From contig CAVRJM010000001.1 in NCBI GenBank assembly GCA_963722075.1, forward strand, positions 1,088,001 to 1,152,000: 64,000 nt of DNA. Direction: 5' to 3'. Numbering within the stretch: position 1 is the stretch's first letter; each line of letters begins with the position of its first letter. The notes under the pieces are model-generated. The model did not search any database and was not told where the DNA came from. It saw only the letters and a program-made list of their open reading frames with translations. This stretch comes from Candidatus Babeliales bacterium. GTDB lineage: Bacteria; Babelota; Babeliae; Babelales; JANWKD01. Of the stretch, positions 59,049-64,000 are shown one piece after another. A program made the translations under genes and the position numbers.

Positions 59049-59291
59049 ATGTATAAATATTTATATCTCCTGCTTTTTCTATCGTTACCCTGCATCGCCA
59101 TGGATCGCAGCGTATCGCATAAACGGAATTCAAATGCTTCATTTTATTTAGGAAAAAATGTAACAACATTCTCTCTAGAACGACTTCAGCTCCAAAGAGA
59201 GATTGAAGATGCAAAACTAAAGCAAGAAGAAGTGCGCGAGCAAATGAAACAACCCGAAAGTTATTTTAGTAGGTTTTTTGGCAATAATTAA
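59049..59291 (+). CDS. Small secreted hypothetical protein
   Basis: GAGG RBS; signal peptide followed by MDR; coiled coil. Confidence 0.6.
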   Translation: MYKYLYLLLFLSLPCIAMDRSVSHKRNSNASFYLGKNVTTFSLERLQLQREIEDAKLKQEEVREQMKQPESYFSRFFGNN

Positions 59292-59713
59292 AATAGTTTA
59301 TTTTTTATACGCCTAAATAAGCCATGCACTTCATAATCATTAATGGCGGTATTAAAAAATGCTTTAGCTCCTAAAATATTGATTCCATATCCTAAACTTC
59401 CCAAACTTACCGCTCCCCAAAAAGCGCCAACAGCAAGAGTTAATTTATCTAACTTTTTTTCGTTAAAAATTGATAAAGCTCCTAACCCAGTGATTACCCC
59501 AAATCCCGTCATCAAATAGCCGGTTGGTCGCTGGCTAGCAATCTTGGTGCCTGCCAGATTTTTTCGCTGTTCCTGCCGCTGCTGTAAGTTTTTTTGTTTG
59601 GCTTTTACTATTTGTTGCTGCAAATGACGTATTTCTTCTTGTTTCTCTGCCTCCGTCTGCATAGAATGAGCAAAAGCCGGCATTAAGAGAAGTAAAAGAA
59701 TATAATGAATCAT
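59288..59713 (-). CDS. Secreted hypothetical protein with 2 TM helices
   Basis: AAGGA RBS; signal peptide followed by MQT; coiled coil and TM pair. Confidence 0.65.
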   Translation of the reverse strand: MIHYILLLLLMPAFAHSMQTEAEKQEEIRHLQQQIVKAKQKNLQQRQEQRKNLAGTKIASQRPTGYLMTGFGVITGLGALSIFNEKKLDKLTLAVGAFWGAVSLGSLGYGINILGAKAFFNTAINDYEVHGLFRRIKNKLF

Positions 59714-59924
59714 ATTATTTTTTCCTTTAATTTATATCCCTCATATATTTATAAACTACCATAAAATCGGTCTTTTGGGAAAAGCCATGATTTAATAGCA
59801 GAGCAGAATAATATTTCTAATATAAATTATTATTGTTTTAATAAATTCACCTGAGATCAATTTGACACTAATGCAAATTTTTGAAATAGTAAATATATAT
59901 AATTCAAAAAACAGATAGGGACCT

Positions 59925-60965
59925 ATGTTATTTCAATTAATCTATATACTACTTTTTACCATAACTATTTTTAAACCAATTTACACACAAGAACCATCAG
60001 CTGCTGCTGCTGCTGAAAAAAATAGCTATCCGGCTACATATTATAACTATGAATATAATGAAAAAAATTTAGAGGGAATGTTCAATATACCTGGATGCCA
60101 AGGCGGCCCAGATTGCCAATGCAGCAGCGCAGTACTTTATAAAAACTGCACCAATTCATTTATATGCGAGTCGGTAATTAATGAAAATGGTAACGGTATT
60201 GCCTGTTCAGTATCTGTATCTGAAGAAAACCCTTACTTTGAACAATTAATTTCAATTGCAGCCAATAACAGTAATAAATGCATAGAAAAATTTGAAGAAA
60301 CCATAAGGGAAGCGGAGCAAGCTTTACATGAACAACAGGATGGCCAAGACTCTCAAGAACTAAAAGAAGCATATACAATATTGAAAAATGCCACAAATGA
60401 ATATAGAAAATACAGCTCACCAGAACAAATTAAAGACAGCCTTTATCGACATACAGATGGGAAAAAGTATATTACTAATATATTTTTAAACCCACGCAGA
60501 CCACTTATTTTTTATTCAAAAGAATTTTTAGAAAAACGATTTAAAAATATTTCATCTGAATATTTAAAAAATTTTCTTGAAAATGAAGCAATGATTCCGA
60601 TGGGAATTTTAGTAACGCATTTGGCAAAGCAACAAACTGAACGCCTTTTAGCATTTGTTGTTCTTTGCAAGTTTGTAATACAACCAGATAAAGAACATCT
60701 CGTTGATTCAAGCTTTATTTATCATGACAAATTCGGCCCTTTTATGGTTGCCGCCCTTGCATTAGACGTAGATTGCCCTGATAGGTATATATTCAAAAAA
60801 ACTTCAGAGTCTGATGAATATCAATTTTTAGAACTACATGAATCAATAACGCCTCCACATTATATTGATGGCTTTACCATATCTAAAGGATATCAAAAAC
60901 TTAAAAAAGAGAAGCCTGATATTTTTGAAAAAGGTTTTATTACAATCTCAGAGTCATCAAATTAG
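59925..60965 (+). CDS. Secreted hypothetical protein, Cys-rich N-terminal half
   Basis: Signal peptide and a long ORF in AT-rich DNA. Confidence 0.65.
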   Translation: MLFQLIYILLFTITIFKPIYTQEPSAAAAAEKNSYPATYYNYEYNEKNLEGMFNIPGCQGGPDCQCSSAVLYKNCTNSFICESVINENGNGIACSVSVSEENPYFEQLISIAANNSNKCIEKFEETIREAEQALHEQQDGQDSQELKEAYTILKNATNEYRKYSSPEQIKDSLYRHTDGKKYITNIFLNPRRPLIFYSKEFLEKRFKNISSEYLKNFLENEAMIPMGILVTHLAKQQTERLLAFVVLCKFVIQPDKEHLVDSSFIYHDKFGPFMVAALALDVDCPDRYIFKKTSESDEYQFLELHESITPPHYIDGFTISKGYQKLKKEKPDIFEKGFITISESSN

Positions 60966-61060
60966 TTATTTATAGCATTTTTCTCAATTTCTTGATTTTT
61001 AGAAGATCTTTATCGGTAGACTACCAATAAAGATCTTTTTTACTTTAATGAAGAATCTCT

Positions 61061-62455
61061 ATGAAAAAAAACCTAATTATTTTATTAACTATTATTCCGT
61101 TATCACTATCTGCACAACCACCAGCTTTAAGAAATTTTGGCAATAGCTGCTATGTTAATGCCTTAATACAAGCCCTCTATGCTACTAAACCCCTCAACAA
61201 TCTCTTATTAAGCACAGAAGTACCGCTAGAATTTATTTCTATTCCTGCTCGCACTTATAAAGATTTAGTGATCAATTTTATTAACGGCAATCAATCAGCT
61301 ATCGATGCAGCTTTATTTGATTTTTATAACAGCATAAAAGGAGTTTATGCAACGGGAACTGGAGCTGGGCCTTCACAACCTCCGCCAGGTATCGTTATCC
61401 CAAAGCAGGAACAACCAGCAGGCAGACGGCAGCCAGTAGGCAGAGGTCGTCGTCCAACGCCTAAATCAGCGCTTGAAAAAGCAATTGAAGAAAGTAGAAA
61501 AGAAATGTTCGAGTTTACTAAGCAACATGCGCAATTAATTACTACCATTGCACGCGCAAAAAACCCTACTTTTGATAAGTTATCTGCCAAAGAAAAGCAA
61601 GATATCCAATATTCAATTAGCGACGTTTTGAATACCTTTAATCAAGAGCGACAGCAAGATGCACACGAATTTCTTATGTATATTTTAAAAGAGCTACAAA
61701 AAATTGCACCCACTCAAGCAGAAGAACTTTTTTTCTATTTGCTCTCTAATAATGAACAAGATGCTATTCTTAATATACCCACCTATACACCGGCAAAAGT
61801 TGTTATTGATTATGCAATGGTATCAGGGCAATACCAATTGTTAAGTGAAATCTCATACTTCGATTCACTTTATGAAGGGTTAAAGAAGGCATTACGAGGA
61901 TATAAAATAGCAATCACACCTTCAATTTTCATCTGTGCATTAAATAGAACCGTTTCAGGTCGTAATATTGATACAACAGCAATTAGTTCCTTAAAAATTA
62001 GACATCCGGTGAGAATTCCATTCATTTTAAATCTGAGTCCTTATACCACAGGTGATGAGCCAACAGCTTTTGATTTATATGCTATTGCTGTTCATCGAGG
62101 CCTATCAGCAAATGCTGGTCATTATGTCACCTATGTCAAGCACAACAATCAATGGTATTTATGCAATGACATGCAAATAAAACCAGTAACGGCTCAAGCA
62201 GTACGTAATGAAATAGAAACTGATGGCTACATTCTTTTTTACCAACGGATAGAGGAATATTTTGAAGAAGAAGAGCCTGTAATTATTGAAGAAGAGTTGC
62301 CCCTTGAAGAGCCTGAAGAAATTCTTATTGAAGAACCCGTGGAAGTTCCGCCTGCTCAAAAAGAGGAAGAAGTATCGTCATTAGAACAAGCGCTGCGTTG
62401 GCTACAAATTAAATTGCAAACATTGCTAAAGGCACTCACTCATTTGTCATCCTAA
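61061..62455 (+). CDS. Secreted ubiquitin-specific protease (peptidase C19/USP)
   Basis: LRNFGNSCYVNA, QQDAHEFL, HRG..NAGHYVTY and WYLCND motifs; acidic tail. Confidence 0.9.
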   Translation: MKKNLIILLTIIPLSLSAQPPALRNFGNSCYVNALIQALYATKPLNNLLLSTEVPLEFISIPARTYKDLVINFINGNQSAIDAALFDFYNSIKGVYATGTGAGPSQPPPGIVIPKQEQPAGRRQPVGRGRRPTPKSALEKAIEESRKEMFEFTKQHAQLITTIARAKNPTFDKLSAKEKQDIQYSISDVLNTFNQERQQDAHEFLMYILKELQKIAPTQAEELFFYLLSNNEQDAILNIPTYTPAKVVIDYAMVSGQYQLLSEISYFDSLYEGLKKALRGYKIAITPSIFICALNRTVSGRNIDTTAISSLKIRHPVRIPFILNLSPYTTGDEPTAFDLYAIAVHRGLSANAGHYVTYVKHNNQWYLCNDMQIKPVTAQAVRNEIETDGYILFYQRIEEYFEEEEPVIIEEELPLEEPEEILIEEPVEVPPAQKEEEVSSLEQALRWLQIKLQTLLKALTHLSS

Positions 62456-62624
62456 GACCTTTGTGCCATGAGGATCCATTTATAAATTAAAATTTGATTT
62501 TATTAATGAAATCCCATTCGAAACAACTACTATAAAGACCAATTTCTTGTCAAACCAATCACATCTGTTAGACTATTTTTGCAACTTTGTTTTGTAATTA
62601 AATTTAATTGTATAAGGATTTTAT

Positions 62625-63608
62625 ATGGAAACATCTATTTCCAGCGTTGCCATTGCAGAACAAATCAAGCAAGAAACAAAATTAAATGCTATCGCTTCAG
62701 AAGTTTCTAAGGTTATTGTTGGTCAAGAAGACATAATTACCTTTATTCTTATTAGTATTTTATGTAACGGCCATGTTCTTTTGGAAGGTGTTCCTGGCGT
62801 TGCTAAAACAACCATGATTAAAGCGGTCACCAAAGCGCTTGGCCTTTCATTCAAACGAATACAGTTTACCCCTGATTTATTACCAGCAGATCTTATTGGT
62901 ACTCTTATTTTTAACCAAAAAACACAAGATTTTGAAACTAAAAAAGGGCCTATTTTTGCCAATCTTATTTTAGCTGATGAAATAAATCGTGCGCCTGCAA
63001 AAGTACAGGCGGCATTACTGGAGGCCATGCAAGAACAACAAGTAACCATTGGATCTACTACCTATAATCTTGATAAACCATTTTTAGTATTTGCAACACA
63101 AAATCCGCTTGAGCAAGAAGGAACCTACCGCTTACCAGAAGCACAAATAGATCGGTTTATGTTTAAGTTGATTGTAAAATATCCAACTATGGCACAAGAA
63201 AAAGAAATTATTAAGCGCACCACCGAACCTTCTATTACCCAACAGGTTACGCTCGAAGATATTTATGCTCATCAAGAGCTTGTGAAACAAATATATATTG
63301 ATGAAAAGATCTATTCATATATTATTAATCTGGTTTTTGCTACACGATATCCGGAACAATTTAATCTCGCTCATATAAAGCCCTTAATAAAATATGGGGC
63401 TTCCCCACGCGCTACCCTAGCGCTCACCCACGCAGCACAAGCACATGCGTTCCTTAAAAAAAGATATTTTGTTACGCCTGATGATATTAAAGCAATTGCG
63501 GGACCAATTTTAGGACATAGAATAGTTCTTACGTACGAAGCCGATGCTCAAGAAATTACCTCTCATGATATTATTCGGACCATCCTTAATACCATTGGCG
63601 CACCCTAG
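62625..63608 (+). CDS. MoxR family AAA+ ATPase
   Basis: EGVPGVAKT, RIQFTPDLLP, DEINRAP, ATQNPLEQEGTY and GASPR motifs. Confidence 0.93.
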   Translation: METSISSVAIAEQIKQETKLNAIASEVSKVIVGQEDIITFILISILCNGHVLLEGVPGVAKTTMIKAVTKALGLSFKRIQFTPDLLPADLIGTLIFNQKTQDFETKKGPIFANLILADEINRAPAKVQAALLEAMQEQQVTIGSTTYNLDKPFLVFATQNPLEQEGTYRLPEAQIDRFMFKLIVKYPTMAQEKEIIKRTTEPSITQQVTLEDIYAHQELVKQIYIDEKIYSYIINLVFATRYPEQFNLAHIKPLIKYGASPRATLALTHAAQAHAFLKKRYFVTPDDIKAIAGPILGHRIVLTYEADAQEITSHDIIRTILNTIGAP

Positions 63609-63733
63609 GTTTTGTATGACGGCATTAGTGATTACGCGGTTTGTCTTTGCTGCAGGGGCTTTAAATTGCTACTTGACAAAATCAAGACAACAAGGGTATT
63701 GTGTGAAAATAAAATTTAAAAAAGGAACCTTTA

Positions 63734-64000
63734 ATGAAACATCCGCTTTGGCTCGTTAATGATTTTCTTTTTATTTTATTTTTAATGATAATTTGTTTTA
63801 TGTTTATTTCTCGTCAAAAAGTCCCAACCAGTGTCAGCTTAATCCCTCGCGGAGAAATTAAGCTTCCTAAAAAAGCGGTCTCCAAGATTGACCTCAGTAA
63901 AATTTATACTAATGATCTTTTTGAAACATACCAGGCACCTGAACCTAAAGTTGAAGAAATTCCAAAAATTACCATGCCTGAACCGCCTACCCCTAAACCG
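63734..64000 (+). CDS. Partial membrane-anchored Pro-rich protein (runs off window)
   Basis: AAGGA RBS; open frame MKHPLWLVNDFLFILFLMIICFMF...PEPPTPKP to the window end. Confidence 0.65.
   Translation, partial: MKHPLWLVNDFLFILFLMIICFMFISRQKVPTSVSLIPRGEIKLPKKAVSKIDLSKIYTNDLFETYQAPEPKVEEIPKITMPEPPTPKP

Noticed and set aside
59925..60965. QueG/MMACHC-like cobalamin-binding similarity (YHDKFGPF)
   Set aside because: This is a single short motif with no Fe-S cysteines or other support.

Overview
AT-rich bacterial chromosome segment read with the standard genetic code. The gene content suggests an intracellular parasite of protists, most plausibly Ca. Dependentiae/Babelota (TM6); this is inference only. 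Supporting content includes many ankyrin proteins, many signal-peptide orphan proteins, and eukaryote-like RING, USP and WD40 proteins. Housekeeping genes (rluD-like, mgtE, ruvA, jag-mnmE, rng, uvrC, clpB, tpiA-secG-mlaE-mlaF, moxR) are interleaved with accessory DNA. This includes a stress/dormancy-type cluster (~5.9-17.5 kb), a decaying ankyrin/NUDIX island ending at tRNA-Glu/tRNA-Lys (~16.8-25.3 kb), two complete IS elements, and a dense family of short palindromic intergenic repeats. Main points of interest: (1) a secreted ubiquitin toolkit of 2 RING E3-like proteins and 2 USP/C19 deubiquitinases next to 2 WD40-like proteins, where one RING and both USPs share a 15-aa leucine helix; (2) about 11 orphan secreted proteins whose predicted mature N-terminus is Met; (3) all three tRNA genes are followed directly after CCA by the same hairpin element, and both tRNA loci lead into a small GIY-YIG nuclease gene; (4) an IS481 inserted precisely into a palindromic repeat; (5) a toxin-antitoxin pair fused in frame by an apparent 2-bp duplication. 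No rRNA, CRISPR array or integrase was seen. All protein calls come from motif recognition by eye, not database searches.
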